DNA of 64,000 nucleotides from Bugula neritina (GCA_964035545.1 OZ037770.1:10546973-10610972), one strand, 5' to 3'; shown: positions 12,418 to 30,615, numbered from the stretch's first letter. Numbers and translations: made by a program. Notes: generated by a model from the sequence alone, not told the origin.

Positions 12418-14793
12418 TTATGGAGCTTTGTAAATTTTGACTTCTTTAATGCAGAGTGGGTCGGCGATAGTTCTAGTAATTTCTATTTCAGTGGCGCATT
12501 TAAATTCAGTATCAATATTTTGATAAATCATTGGATTGGTGTTGGCTGTATCATTAGATGCAACATGGAGATCTCTATAGGTTCCACCGGTTTTTCTTTG
12601 TCTGATGTTTACATTCATTAACTCAGAAGCTAAATATAAATAAAATGAATAATTGTTTTAGAAAAATGTTATATTATTTTATTTTTATATTATATTACTT
12701 ATTTTTATTTTTAATAAATATATTATGTTATAAATTAAACTATATGATTGTTACTTTTAATCACTCAGAAATTAAACCTAACACTTTCATGCGATGCGTT
12801 AGTCATTGTAACTTGCTCATGTTATAATACTAGGTGTTGTAGTATTAGACTTAACAATATATATAGAAAAGCATACATTAGCATGGTGCACTTTTATATT
12901 AAAATTGAAGAGAGAAAATTAAAATGATTTTTTTTCAGCATTTTAGTAACATTCTCTCACCATAATCCCCTGTACCCCAAATTCGTACTTCTGCTATTGA
13001 GGTTGTACCAGTCCAAATGATTGTAACTCTCGGGAAGGTCTACAAAAGTCAATCAAGTATTATACACGCAATCTCTGTATGGGAAAAATGGCTTTTATTT
13101 GCCTGAGAGATATTTTATCAGAAACTTGGTCACTGAAAAATAATTGCTCTCACTTGAATTCGAACCACAGACCTCTGGCTTGCAGGCAGGTGCGCTGATT
13201 CTTATAACATTACAAGGACTACTGGTAAAACTATATACCAAGTTTAACCTGTGCATGTACTGGTTAAAGTTAAGCTAATTCAAGTCAGCAAGTAAAAAAA
13301 ATAGCAAAAATTACGACAAAGGTTTTGAAATACACACTGACCATCGCCAAAAACACCTTGGTTTAGAAAATACTTTTGCTAATTGGGTGGATGCTGTTTA
13401 ACAGATCATACCGCAGTGGTTTGAGTCTGGAGGAGCATCCAGTCATAATTGCTCCTGTACGACATGCAAATAAGTTCTTAGCTAGCTTTGAAAAACTCGT
13501 TTAATCAAGGGTTCTCACGGAGATAGTGACTACAAATTCGCGGGACTTTCAGTTTCCTATCTGTAGCAGCAGGGTTATGATATAAACAGCGTAACATATA
13601 AGTAATAACATAGAAACGCCTGCAGTACAAAAACTACCAGACTTGTATACGCCTTACCTCACTACCTTTATCTATACAGACGGATGTAGTAAAGTTTCCA
13701 TCCACCAGAAAATCTAAATCTCCACCATCAATTACTCCAGATTCATCATCAACAGTTACTGCAAGTCACACACAACATAAAATAACAAGTTAGATAATTT
13801 TGTAAATTAGCATATTTTAAGGTTATAATTATAATAGCTAAACAGCAATTTTGTGAAATTGTTTCACCAAAATGATATGCTTATAAGATTCAAAATAAAA
13901 ATTTGTTTAATGGTTTGCCAATAGTGATAGCTGTGTTGCATGAGCTTGTCTTTTCCAATTGTGAAAAATGTACTGTAAATGTTTATTACAAGATTTTAGT
14001 AATTAAATTAAATTCATATAGCGAAAAGAATAGATGCATAGTAACTGAATGTTATATATAAAACTATTGTGAGCTCACATTCTATAACAGGAGGCCCCAC
14101 AGTAGCAGGATTATAGAAAGTTGTAGTTGGAACTGTAATTGTTGTACTGATCATTGTCTCCGTATCCTGTATCATAGTGTAGGTTACAGTAGACACCCCC
14201 ACTTCTTCACACGGTTCTAGAGTTATCTCCCTTGACAAAGAGCAGGTGGCGCTAGTGCCGTCATATGTAACTCCTTGGCAATAGTCCTTTAAACTTAGAC
14301 ACTTGGATACACACTTCAGCAAGCTATAGACCTCCTGATGTATTTTCTCTTCAACTTGTGTCACACAGCTACCACCTGGTTGTTTTTGTAACAGCATGGA
14401 GTTCACAGTGACTGTCTACAGTTACACATATAGCAAAATAGCAATAGTATAATTATGATATAATAACAAGTTTTGCCGCAATAGCATATAATACACATAA
14501 TTTAATTCTGAAATCTATTTTCTCGTCATTGATTTTACTTTCGCCATTAAGAATTTGTCTATTCTTGTACTAAATTATCTAAAAGCAATACCCATAACAA
14601 AATTGTGCGCCTTATATATGCTTCATATTTTAAACATTTAACAAGCAATGTTACTTGCTACTTCATGCTGCAAAATTTGAGAGCTCACAATATATAATAA
14701 AGCCACATAAAATGTTACATAACAACGTACCTTCACTTTGCATGCTGTTAAATACAGAATAAAAAGCAGCAATACACTTCTGATCACTTTCAT
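12418..14793 (-). CDS. Secreted PAN/Apple + short Thr stalk + F5/8-type lectin-like protein (copy D, 263 aa)
   Basis: Five exons: 14793-14731, 14415-14079, 13758-13658, 13039-12961 and 12629-12418. All GT-AG, same phases as copy B, 792 nt open to the stop. Confidence 0.88.
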
Positions 14794-15430
14794 GGTACGG
14801 GACTAAAATAAAGTTGAGTCTATAAGATGTATTCCTTACAAACTATACCTTTGACGAATAAGTAACTATTTACTATTTGTATTTATTGGTGAAAAGTTTG
14901 CTGACAGCTTTTAATCAATATTTGACAACATTGGAAACGTGTTACTAGCTAATAAATATTCTCTGTAACATAATTTATATCTATACAGAAAACTTACATG
15001 GCTCTAAACACAGCCAAAAATGACGAAGTAAAATTGTATTTGTCTTGCAATGTTTAACTATTTCTGGCGCCTAAAAACTGATACCAATTCAATAAAACAA
15101 TGAAATAATGACCTCAATATAAGAAAATTGAATTAAACTTATCAATAATATTCTTAATAATTAATAAGATATTAGAATCACTTATTTGGAAATTATTTTA
15201 TATGTAAACACGTGTTGCTAGGCATAACGTGTTATATATAAGTATACTGCGTCATTACTCAAAGCAATTGCCGCAGACAATATTGACTTAAGCCTTCAAT
15301 ATAAGCTATTTCAAGTCTTTGGAAAGCAAGTAGAGACAAAGCCAACATTAACTCTTTTACAATAATAGACCTGTATGTAAAGTTTGTGAACAGTTTGAAT
15401 TATAAGTCCATCATTGGTGTTGTTTGTAAG

Positions 15431-15647
15431 AAACAGCAGCCGCGGTCTAGGGGTTAGAGTCATAGCTAAGTGAGCACTAAGTAATGGGTTCGAACTGGCA
15501 AAGGCCTTTGGTAAAGTTAAGAAGAACATCCAATCATGATTGCTCCTGTGCCCCATCTGAATAAGTCCTTAGCCCGATTTAACAAATAGAAAGCACTTCC
15601 ATCAGGGGTTTCTCACAGGAATGACAACTATAAACTCGCATGAGGTT
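15431..15647 (+). mobile_element. Full-length tRNA-derived SINE with an 18-bp TSD (central domain resembles the MetaSINE Meta domain)
   Basis: A/B boxes (ggttagag, gggttcgaac) and body aagaagaacatccaatcatgattgctcctgtgccccatctgaataagtcc. TSD attggtgttgttt(g/a)taag at 15413-15430 and 15648-15665. Confidence 0.8.
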
Positions 15648-17083
15648 ATTGGTGTTGTTTATAAGCTAAATGGCAGAATATACTTTTACAATAATATATC
15701 AAGTACATGTACACACAAGTACAGTTACAACAACACACACACTCACACACACTCACACACACTCACACACACTCACACACACTGCACACAACAACTAAAA
15801 AGTGGTACTGCTTGTTAATTATATTGCGATAACATTATGATTACCAATAAATTTGTCTTTTATTTATAATTGCATTTTATATAAATAATATTTTTTTAAA
15901 CTGAAACATAAACATAAAAATGGAAGAATGGTATTATAATAAAGCACTGCCTATTACAATAACTCTAAAACTTGACATAAGTAACATATATATCAAGATA
16001 TATGAGCATACAGTCAACAAAATAATCCGTAATAACTATTTCAGCTATAAGTATCAGTTAGAGACCACAAGCCACTCTCATAAAAACATTATAACAACAA
16101 CAACTGTCACAATCACAATCTCAAGAATTTAATTATTACTTAATTCAAGTAAAGTGCAATTAGAATTGTTTTATAGCAACTAAGGTGATAATAATGATAT
16201 AGTGTATAACCTTTAGAGTTTATAGCTGTTTTAGTTTTACAGTATCATAACATTATATAGACACCTTTCAATTGGAATTCAAATAAAATTAATGTGGATG
16301 GCTAAAAACTAAAATTTCAAGTGTGCACTAAATTAAGTAACATCAGCGAGATAGATATTAGTCATTATTCTGAAAAATTGCCATTTGGCAGATTTCACTA
16401 GAGAATAAAGCATTCAGGGACCAGGGTAATACTGTATAGAGTTGTAGCATTGACTTCTTTGTTACATGAGTTAGTTAAATGACTCTGAATTTGGGTAATT
16501 TGCCAACAATGAAGTACTTTAACTTTGAAGTAATTTTATTGACAATTTTTTTAAAAACATCCTTCAAATAAAATGGCATACCACGTCTCTGATGTCATAC
16601 AGTGCTAAACAAATTTAAACTGGTCACAGCATTTTATATTATAGGTCTGCTGATGGAATATTGATCATGTTAGGCACATTTTTTTTGAAGATTTGAAATA
16701 GCATTTATTTTTCATATCAATATAGATAATTTTTAAAAATCTGTCCATGACGCACACATAGCTGTTTTGTCATCAAAGTTTGTAGCATTTTATAATACTT
16801 GATAGAGCACTATATAACATAGTTCCACAACTAGAATTTATACTAACAAAAGCCATTGTGATCATTATGTTGAATAAAGATACTAGAATATGTGCTAGTC
16901 ATAGTTGCTATGGTAACCTAATATACTATTACAGTATGCTAACTATAGTTACTATATATAGCCTATAGCTATATGGCCACTTTATTTTACTAGCTATAAA
17001 AGTTACTTTATTTTACTAGCTATATAGTTGCTATAATGGTGACAAATTTACTACAATATACTATGTTGACATAATCACTATGG

Positions 17084-20000
17084 TTACTGCCGTGGTCTGT
17101 TTCCTTCTAAAGTCTGTCTCATGATGTCATTGGCCGTCTGCAACTCTACAATTTTCTGCTCCGTGGTCCTCATCCACTCCTTGTACATCGTCTGCCATCT
17201 GCTCTGAAGCTCCTCTTTTGTCTTTTCCATTTGAGTACAATGCTCTGCTTCCATATGACTTGCCTTTTCTATTAGATGAGAAGATAAAATAGGTCTATCA
17301 GTCTCTTTATAAGGCACTAGAGTCAAAATGTCACAATAATAGTAAATCGTTGTTAATTATATGACATATTTGAAGGTATAATATTCAAAAAAATTTCACA
17401 AGAATTTAAGCAAAGATCTTATCGTTTTTCTAAAAAATATAGTTTAAATGAATTCAAATTTAGTCTTATTTGCAGTATAAATAACATGTTTGCCAGTGCT
17501 CTCAACGTATATTATATTATAAAGGATTATAGAGAATAATATAATTATATGACATATTATAAAATTTGAAAAATATGATGCAATTATATATAACATATAG
17601 GCTAAAAACATTGTGTAGCTTCATATGTATATAAAATAAAATATCAAATTATAGCGTAACTGTAACTCTAATAGTGTATAGTATTGGATAGGAAGCAACT
17701 GTAATCTACAGCTTATAAAAAAAGTTTTTGCACAAAGTCATGGGTTTGAGCCCAACAAAGGCCATTGGTGATTTGAGGAGGAGCAGCTAGTCATAATTGC
17801 TCATGCACCATCTGAATAAATCCTTAACACAATTTAACAAAGCTCGTTCTAATAGGAGTTGGTTTTCTAACAGGATGGTGACTATATAAGCGTATAGCAT
17901 TGAATAGAATACTAGTAATACATTATAGCGTATTCTATGTCAGCAACACTTGTCTTCGCTTACCATAAGCATCGTTAAGTTTTCCATGGAGCTGCTCATT
18001 TTCCATGAGTAGCGCTGTATTCATTGACTCCACTTCTACGAGCTTAGTCTGAAGAGCAAGTATTACCTCTTCATGGTAACATTCTGCATGATGTTGAGGG
18101 GATGACTCCAGCTTGGCTTTACTCAACTCTGTTCTTAGCTGTAAAGAAAAATCAATATAACCATGACAGTAATAAGTATAAGATTTAGTTGTATGTGTTT
18201 GTTTTCTTTTGTCCCATCAATAAATTTAATAAAAAAGTAGATAATGTAGAGTTGTAGTTTTAAGATTTCCCAGTAGTCCTCATTATAGTGTAATGGTTAT
18301 CGCGCCAGCTTGTAAGCCCATGAGGTGTGCGGTTTAAATCCTAATGGGACAAACATGTCACCAAAAATGAGGCGATAGTGGGGTCCACATTTTTCTGGTA
18401 ACAATGCTATAGGGAAGGTGCACGAGGGTGTATTATACAGTTAAAGACCTTCGACCTACTTATTGAGTGTCAAATGGTACTACTTTGCTTCATTATTCTA
18501 CATCGCAAGCTAACATAAACGGCATTTTTATATGTTTAAAATTAATAATTTTTTAATGTAAATTTAGCGTTTTTGGTGACAGTGGTATTTAAAAAAAATC
18601 TCTGCTCTCAGTGGTAAGATTGCTATAAAATATTTATGTTATGCAAAAATTATAGAGATTTCATAGCTCTATAAATGTCTAGATGTAAAGCTATAGAATA
18701 AATTCCTAGTATATGATAATTGCTGGACATAGGATACAACCACAAACAGTGCCTATGCATGGTATTGCTGACTACTTGACTTTGAAACTCCTCAGGTTTT
18801 ATAGGGTAACATAAAGATTTAATATTTAAGGTTTTAGTTCTGCTTAATTCAATTATCATCAGTGAATGATAGTTTCAAGGAAAAACAACTCCTTTAGACT
18901 CATTTAATGACCAATCTAAACTGTTGAATTCAAAACTAAAAAGTTTTGATTAATGAAACTTGTAGTGTTGAGTTAACTCAGCAGCCCCTGTGGTGCAAGG
19001 GTTTAGCGCGTCTGCTTGCTAGGTGGAAGTCTGTGGTTCGAACCCCGGTGGGGGGGGGGGCAAAGTTTTTACAAACCGAACCTATTTAGTAAAAATGCTC
19101 TACTGATTGCCAACCACTATTCATGGTTTGTGCGCCTCAGCTAGCTGCACCACTATTGCATCATGAAGCACTTTTGTTCTGTTATATGTGCTTGTTTCTT
19201 TAACATTTAATTACTAAATCTAATTAACTAAACAAACAAACAGGCAAGTGTGTATTCAAAACTTTACCTGTTCTACTTGCTGCTCTAACTTGTGATTGGT
19301 ATCAGGTGACTGCTTTAATTCTCTCTGAGGTATAGAAGTGGTGACAAACTCCTTCTCTCTCTTAATAAGTGTGGTGTTCTTGGCCTTCCGTAATTCATCT
19401 AGTTTACATTTTAGGCTCTTAACCTCTGCTTCCAAATCCTTGACCTTCCCTCTCAGCTCTTGCTCAACTTTTCTGTAGATAAACACCTAAGATGAAATTT
19501 TCTGCTGTAAGCCGATACATCGAAAAAGCAAAGCATTTTCCAACACAAAATAATATAATTAAAAAGTTTCATTTTTGAAGTTGTCTTTTCTCTTTTGGGT
19601 TTTTAAGGGGCTAAAGACTGTACCTCACATCATGTTGAAAGCAAGATTTGAGGGCCATTGCTGTGACGCAGAGGTAATTATATGACCAGGCATGCTCCCT
19701 GACATCATAAAATCGCCTTCAAAACCCTTGACTTTTGCCACACTAAGACTGTGTTAAACCATATATTATAGGCCACGCCTACTCTCTATGACATATATAA
19801 CTACTACTTTATAAAATAAGAGGATTATGGCTGCTTTGTCAGACAAATTTTGGCAATCAACAGCAAAAACTGTCTGGAATGTATTTACTTTTTAGTGCTT
19901 TGTAACCATAGCAACGTCTGTATGCAAGGAAAGTCACGTACTGAAAGTAATACAATAAGTAATTTGCTATAGTAAAATTACTAAGATAATAAAACTGTGG

Positions 20001-20443
20001 TTAACGAGTTATCATATTGCATCACTGATTTTCAGCTGTATTACAGTTTTTAAAGTACCTAAATTTATCTTTCACGCAGAGTGTAATGGTGAATTAAGAG
20101 TATTGTTCAATATTGTAAGTATATATAGAACTAGTAGCTGTGCATGAAACCTGCTTTTGCAACCAAAGGAGCTTCTAATACCATTGTTTATTCGAAAATC
20201 TTATACCCTTACCTTTGATTTTCAAGTTATAATCAGCTAATCCTTAACGTTGGTTTTAAGGTGTCATTATGTGAATGATTACCAATTATATCAATTTGAT
20301 TGAATACCTGATGCTAATAATTAGTTATTATCATAATTATTATATAAGCTCTATATAACGAAATAATAATAATTATTAAGTTACTTTTGTTCATTGCTGT
20401 AGCCAGTAGTCCCACCAGAAATTCTCCTTATTGGCTTAGACAT
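17084..20443 (-). CDS. Uncharacterised coiled-coil protein (~207 aa)
   Basis: Exons 20443-20385 (MSKPIRRISGGTTGYSNEQ; first exon less certain), 19472-19268, 18138-17964 and 17268-17084. GT-AG, phases 2,0,1, 624 nt open. E/K/L-rich heptad pattern. Confidence 0.75.
17695..17890 (+). mobile_element. SINE copy (same family as 15431-15647)
   Basis: Shared body ggccattggtgatttgaggaggagcagctagtcataattgctcatgcaccatctgaataa. Confidence 0.7.
18276..18480 (+). mobile_element. tRNA-derived SINE-like element (different body)
   Basis: tRNA-like head gtcctcattatagtgtaatggttatcgcg...gcggtttaaatcctaatgggac. Confidence 0.5.
18980..19160 (+). mobile_element. tRNA-derived SINE-like element
   Basis: gcccctgtggtgcaagggtttagcgcg...gtggttcgaaccccggtgggggg with A/B boxes; no clean cloverleaf. 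Confidence 0.55.
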
Positions 20444-22515
20444 CACCTCAAAACTCCTTGTCTTTAGCCCATGCAATATTCAAACATTAATCAAACTTTT
20501 CTTAGCATTGATAAAATAAAGTAACAGTCAGCTTTCCTTATTCAATGCCTAGTTACTTAAGTAGGAAACATAATCAATGCACCTTCGCAGTGAATAATTG
20601 ACCTTTGTCAAGTGGATACTGAGATAATAGCATTGATAATAAGCTTAGCTAAAGAGCTACTTGCGCGAATATAATAACCTATTATTGCACTGGCACGTAG
20701 CTAAATTCGTTTTGGTATTTCACGTTAATCCCTCTTATTGAAGCCTTTCATCAATCACAAGGGCTCAAACAATTCAGACTTACGATAATTACTTGATGGA
20801 TTTTTATTGCACTGCAAGAATGAACTTTAAAAATTTCCCAGGTGTCTATGAAGTGAACTAAATTTTCTCTACATTGTTCTGCCAAGTCAAGATGAATTTC
20901 AAATATATTGCAATAAAATTTGCGATTGTTTAAAGAGCTTAATGATTATTGTAATTGCTGTGTTTTACAGTTAAATATAATTTATACGAATGAAATTAAT
21001 TAAAAGGAAACTTGGTCTTTAAAAGTCTGAGTGTGTTGAAAAACATTTTCATTAATCACCTATTGTTAGGTAATAGTTATGAATAATTAAAACTACACTT
21101 TGACTTGAAGCTACATGCACATTTAATTTTTTGTTAAAAAGAATAAAAAGCATTTTTTGCAACAAAAATATGGCTTAATTAGCAGCAGTTTTGCTAGACC
21201 GCTGTATTCATGCAAGCAATGTTTGCAGATTTGTGGATTACCATGTTTGACGATTAACTATCACGGAGTTTTTCAGAAACTGAATTTTTGCTGATTCATT
21301 GCATTAAATCAAATGCAACGAATCAACAAAAAAATATTTCTTTTTCCAAACACATGTTGCATCACAGGCATATTGTTTCTGTTTTTCTAACAAACACAAG
21401 AGAACAATCAAAAACCTAATACTTTTACTAGATTATGCAATGTAACAAGGGCGTTATAAACTCCCATAGCAGTTACACCCAGTTTTGCAAGGCATGCAGT
21501 TGTGGCTGAACCACTATTATAAAAAATGAAAGTTACTGGTGCCCAGGTTATATATTTATTCCTGCATTGACTGCTGTAACAACTAGAGACATGCACAAAA
21601 CAAAACATTAATTATTTGCTAATGAACTATAAAACTATATAAACAACAAAATTATATATAAACATAAATAATAATAAAACCACCTTTTGTCTCTTTAGTG
21701 GCGTAGCTATTGACTTGTGCAATGTAACCAACTAACTAATTACAATAGCTAAAAAAGCATAGCTAGTGGAACCTACTATACCTAGCTATAACTCTACACC
21801 TGCATGTGTTAATGGGGTACACCCTATAATAGCAGGTTACATAAACTGCTCAAATTTGAATCAGTCTATAAATACTGAGCTTGCTATAACATATATGTAT
21901 ATAGATTTATGCTAGCTATAGCACTGAAAAGTGCTTGTTACTACGGTGGTCTTTCGCTGAAACATCAAATTTAGTATATAATATGAAAGTATAGAGAGTA
22001 TCATACTGCATTGGCAAGTAGCAGATATTACTAGTAACTTATAGAAACCATAATTTTTGCACTAGAACTCAATTTAATTATAAAGTTGGCAAACTTACTT
22101 TTGTACTACATTCCATTCTATAATTAGTATGCATATCTGCTTAATTAGAATGAACAGAAAAGAATAATTACATATTACATGCATGTAACATTTTTATGCT
22201 ATTGAAACATTAAAATTATAACTAACATTATGTTAAAATATTGACTTTTAGCAACTATACACCTGCTTTTGGTAGAAATTCTGCGTATGTGATGTTAGTT
22301 TCCAGAAGCTTTCAGTTACCAGACATCTTATTAACAAAACAATATTCTAACATATGAAAGTGCAAATTTTATTATTCATACGATTATTTAAATATAATAT
22401 TCTGCTGTAGCAGTAAAACTACAATCAATAAGTTATGAATCCTAATTATATTCATATAATTAGCTTTTTATACTCTTTTTAGCAATAGCTAGTAGCTACA
22501 GTATTTATTTTGCAG

Positions 22516-22726
22516 GTTTGTAGAGAGAGCATACTATTTTTGCCTCGTAATCATTCTAAACGAAGAAAAAGAAAACAAAATAATAGCGATCATTTTAGCA
22601 CTAATCATTGTGGCTGTGGTAAGGCCCAGATCCTTAAGAGAAAACAACCGTGTTTTCAAGTTATATAATATCACTAATCCAACATATGGAAGTAATGGAG
22701 AAGCAAACTTTGATAAAGAGATGTAA
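22516..22726 (+). other. Candidate terminal exon (or remnant) of a single-pass membrane protein with an NPxY motif
   Basis: Acceptor ttttgcag, then an open frame ...ENKIIAIILALIIVAVVRPRSLRENNRVFKLYNITNPTYGSNGEANFDKEM*. Upstream exons not resolved. Confidence 0.3.
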
Positions 22727-25723
22727 GTGATTTGCATTGACGTACTTGCCAATACACTCTCAGGGTACTGGTACATGCTGGTAATCTATCACGTAGTCGT
22801 TGTGGAAGTGGAGAGATTGTAAATAGATTGTTGCAATTCTTATTACTGGTAGCACAACAAGGTGAAGCTTTGCGATTACATGGGTTATCAGGATTTAGAC
22901 CAGATTTAGAAGCCAAAGTGTGGTAGAGAGAAATATGTTTTACCCACAAATAACTCCTATCCACCAATGAAAGCTCGTGGCAGGTTGAAAATGTTTCCTA
23001 ATTGTAAAGGTGCACGGGTGCATCCTATTGTTAATGAAGTAGTCCTGAAGATATAGGATTACTGAATACCACATTAATCTGCATAAATATTAAACAATAT
23101 CTTTATTGTCATTTACCACACACAATATCACATAAAACTTGAATAATTTCCAATTATTTTATGTTGCCATAATATACAAGATATAAAAGATTAAAAATAT
23201 ATTTATATATTCGGTCTAGAATTTTCAAAGCATAAGATAATACCCAAACTTTCACAATATTGTGGTCATCTTTTCTAACTTGCAGTAACTATAGTATGTT
23301 TTAGCGGCTACAATAGATGGTTCAGCAGATTCGGTGTTGTATAGGCAGTATGTACACTCGCTGCCATTAGCATTCACTTACCACTAGGCAGCCAAACATA
23401 CCTTATAGCTATAAGGAGAAACAGCTGGAATAATTTTTGAAACAATGTATATTTGTATTGCTTCAACAGAACCAGTGCAAGGACGTCATAACAATAAAAT
23501 AAACTGATGAACATGTTTTTCTTACTAGTGTTGTCTGATAAAGCAGCTACTCTACCTTCAAAAAGTTATTGTCAACTTAAAAGCAATATATACAAACATA
23601 GCTCAGCAATAGCTTTGTTATAAGTTATGCCATAGAAAATATAGTATATGGAGATCATATTTTGGAAAGCCCACCGTGGTCAGAACTTTCTGAAACTATT
23701 GGGTGTATAGCAGGTGGACATGCTGACTGTGTTTTGAACACAAACGATAACTTGATAGACAATTTATAGGAAGTGATGTGTGCATATCTTCTAAAGATTA
23801 TCCAAGATTTATGGCAAGTTGAAGTTGCAGGTTTTATATGCATGATTGCATAATAGCTTATTACGCAATTAAGCAGAAGTGGTTAGATGGAAAATTTTTT
23901 CAGACAATGAGCCTTCACTCATCCGGTTTGTGAAATGTTTCACTGATTCTTCAAGAAATGGCTAGTTTTACTGTGAATGTTATAATTTATATATCTTATG
24001 GGCATTTATTTCTTTATGGTCCAAAATTTAAAGTTGCATCCAAAATATATTAAATTATAATAGTTCAATTTGAACATGTTTTGAGATATATAATTAAAAA
24101 AATATTTGATAGCTAGTTATTTATGACTTTTAAACTTGAAGAGAATTCATTACTAAAAGCTAACATTTTAGGCCCAAATCAAGAAGGCGAAACTAATATC
24201 TAATTCTATTTTTTAAGTCTTCATGGTTTAAACTTTGATATTTTTAGGCAAATATTATAAAGTAATAATATAATTCTAATTTTGAAATAAAAAATATATA
24301 TCTTAATCAACAAATTTATACCTGCATGTGTATACTACTACTTCCTAAATAATATTATGGTTAGCCTAGTTTGGCTTATTACTATACTTTAGTATTTTAT
24401 CTAAAAATATATATTTTACCTAATTAGTAAAAATAAAAAGATACTTATATGTAAAGATTGTAAAAATTTGACTTATACTTGGTTATTTAAAACAGTTCAA
24501 ACAAATTCCAAAGATATTCAATTATACTGCAGGGTATGTATTATACATTATATATACAGCTTATATACAAACTGTAACATCGCTGCCCGTACATGGTGCC
24601 CGCAACAGGGATTGAACCGCAGTTCTCCAACTTGCAAAATTATAGTTCGCTAGTACACTATTTGGCCTAATGCATATGTATTATTAAAAATAATACTTCT
24701 GGTTGCTTGTTTTCATTTATTTTGCTGACTCTACTATAACTATATAATATTACATCGTAACACCAACGGAAAACGTTTTTATTTAAATGGAGAGGAGGAA
24801 TAATTATAGAATTTTATTACATGTTCCAAGCTCAAACATGCTATGCAAGCCATGTGTTTTGTTTTTAGTCAATAGGATGATGCATTTAAAATTAAACAAT
24901 AATTTACTAACAATGTAGTATAAGGCATTATAAAATGGTTGAAATGTTTACCTGCAGTATATACTATATACAACCTTTAATTTGTATAAAGAACTCATTT
25001 CCAACCAACATTTTATTTTTTCATATCTTATAGACAAACCTGTTTACAGGAACACCATGCAACATGAAGTACCATGATGTACCATAAATTGCTATTAGTC
25101 TCTTTAATATTTCCTGTAAACAGACTATACCTGCATGCGTGCAAGCTTACAAATATTTACGTTGGCTTAAAAAGCAGTGAAAAAGGAAACTAAAATATCT
25201 TAAATGTTACTTAATACTTATTAAAGTCGTGTCAACTTGTTAGAAAGCCTATTATACTAACTATTAGGAGGTCTTGGAAAACTGTTTGTGTTTTTGTAAT
25301 ACACGATAAAAGATAAACAATTCTTTTTGCTTGACATCAGTTTTTTTATTAACTTCAGGATTTCAGACTCCACTGATGAAAGCTTTACAAAATTCCTTGC
25401 ATAGACAAAAGTCGTTTATCTTTAACGGAGAGATTATTACATGATTTCCTTTAACATAATTGCATACCGCACGTCTCATTATATGCAAAAAAGCCAGCTG
25501 ATTGGTTAATCTTCATGTAATCCAAGCTTTAATTCCTTACCACTTGGAGATGTGATGGTGGAACCAGGAGGTATTTTTGCAAGGTCCTCCCACATGGCAT
25601 TATTTCTTGCTAATCTGAATATATTAAGAGGGAGCAGCAAAGGATACACACATAGTACCTCAAGCTTGAACACAGAGCTGTATATTCTACCTGAAAGCAG
25701 GCAAAGGAATAGCACAGAAAGTA

Positions 25724-29402
<3,679 letters not shown>

Positions 29403-30615
29403 TAAAATATAATATAACTAAACACGTACCTGAAGTGCACATAAGCTACCTATAGCAGGTTATTTAACAACATCATTATATATTATATATAATATATATC
29501 TGTTCCTTGTGCAGCAAGCTAAACTATATTATAAGCTTAATTTAATCAACCTTACATTACTTTACAAATTTCCCTACAGACTGTTTTTGATACTAGCACC
29601 TATAGCATTATTTATATAAAATATCAAAAGAGCTGCTATAGTGTAGTATTAATGTCCTAATATTATTTATGTCTCAAAGATTTTAAAAATTTCTATGCAA
29701 ATGCTATAATTGAAATATTTCTATCTTGTTTTATCTGCATTCATATAATTATAAAAGTGTGTTCTGACTATTTGCAATATTGCAAAAAACTTTTCTTATT
29801 TTTATATTATTTAAAGATCATAATAAATTATTTTTCACTAATACTTATTTTCTTTATCAATTATGCCAAATACTTTTGAAGTTATCTTTACAACAAAACA
29901 GCCTCAATTCAATATGAAGTAGATATAGTAACATGCTACCAGGTTCCAAGTGGCACTGTTTACACCAGTGAGTACAGAAGTGCCTCACTTATTAGAATGT
30001 AATATTGTATATTTTCCAGTTCATTGATCACGCTTATCACCTAGCAATTTATGTACACTGAGACGAGGGAATAACTCTAAATATAGAAGACCAGGAGAAA
30101 TAAATTATATGCTAATATGATATAACACTAAATAAAAACGGCTGTTTAAAACATTCAAAGTAATGCAATATCACATATGACAAAATAACAAGTCTATATG
30201 CGGTTAGAAATAGGGTAGTTATACGTATTATTGCCTGAACTGTATTTAAATCACAATTAACTTTCTTTCATACAAACTATGCATAAATACAAGTCTGGCA
30301 AGCTAAGCACTCATACTTAACAAGACTCTTGTACTTGAATTTAAATAAAAGTATAGTTAGAAGTGGTTAAAGCGTCTTAAACTATATAAATCACCTAAGA
30401 AACTTGTTTACAATGTATCTATTGTGTTGTAAAATATTAATCTCCCACAATAATCTGTTTAGGCTGCTGGCTAGATACATTATGTTCTACCATATTTCAA
30501 AGTAAACTATTGCCGGCAGAAATGTTATGTGTCAACATTTTAGTTTCAACCTTGAATGGAGCATGCTGCTTGATTGAGTAAATTCAAAAATAGAAAGCAC
30601 ACTTTTCAAATTGAA

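Noticed and set aside
24594-24672. Minus-strand tRNA-like sequence ending GGTTCAATCC...GCACCA
   Set aside because: Acceptor and D stems do not pair; probably a SINE head or tRNA pseudogene rather than a functional tRNA.
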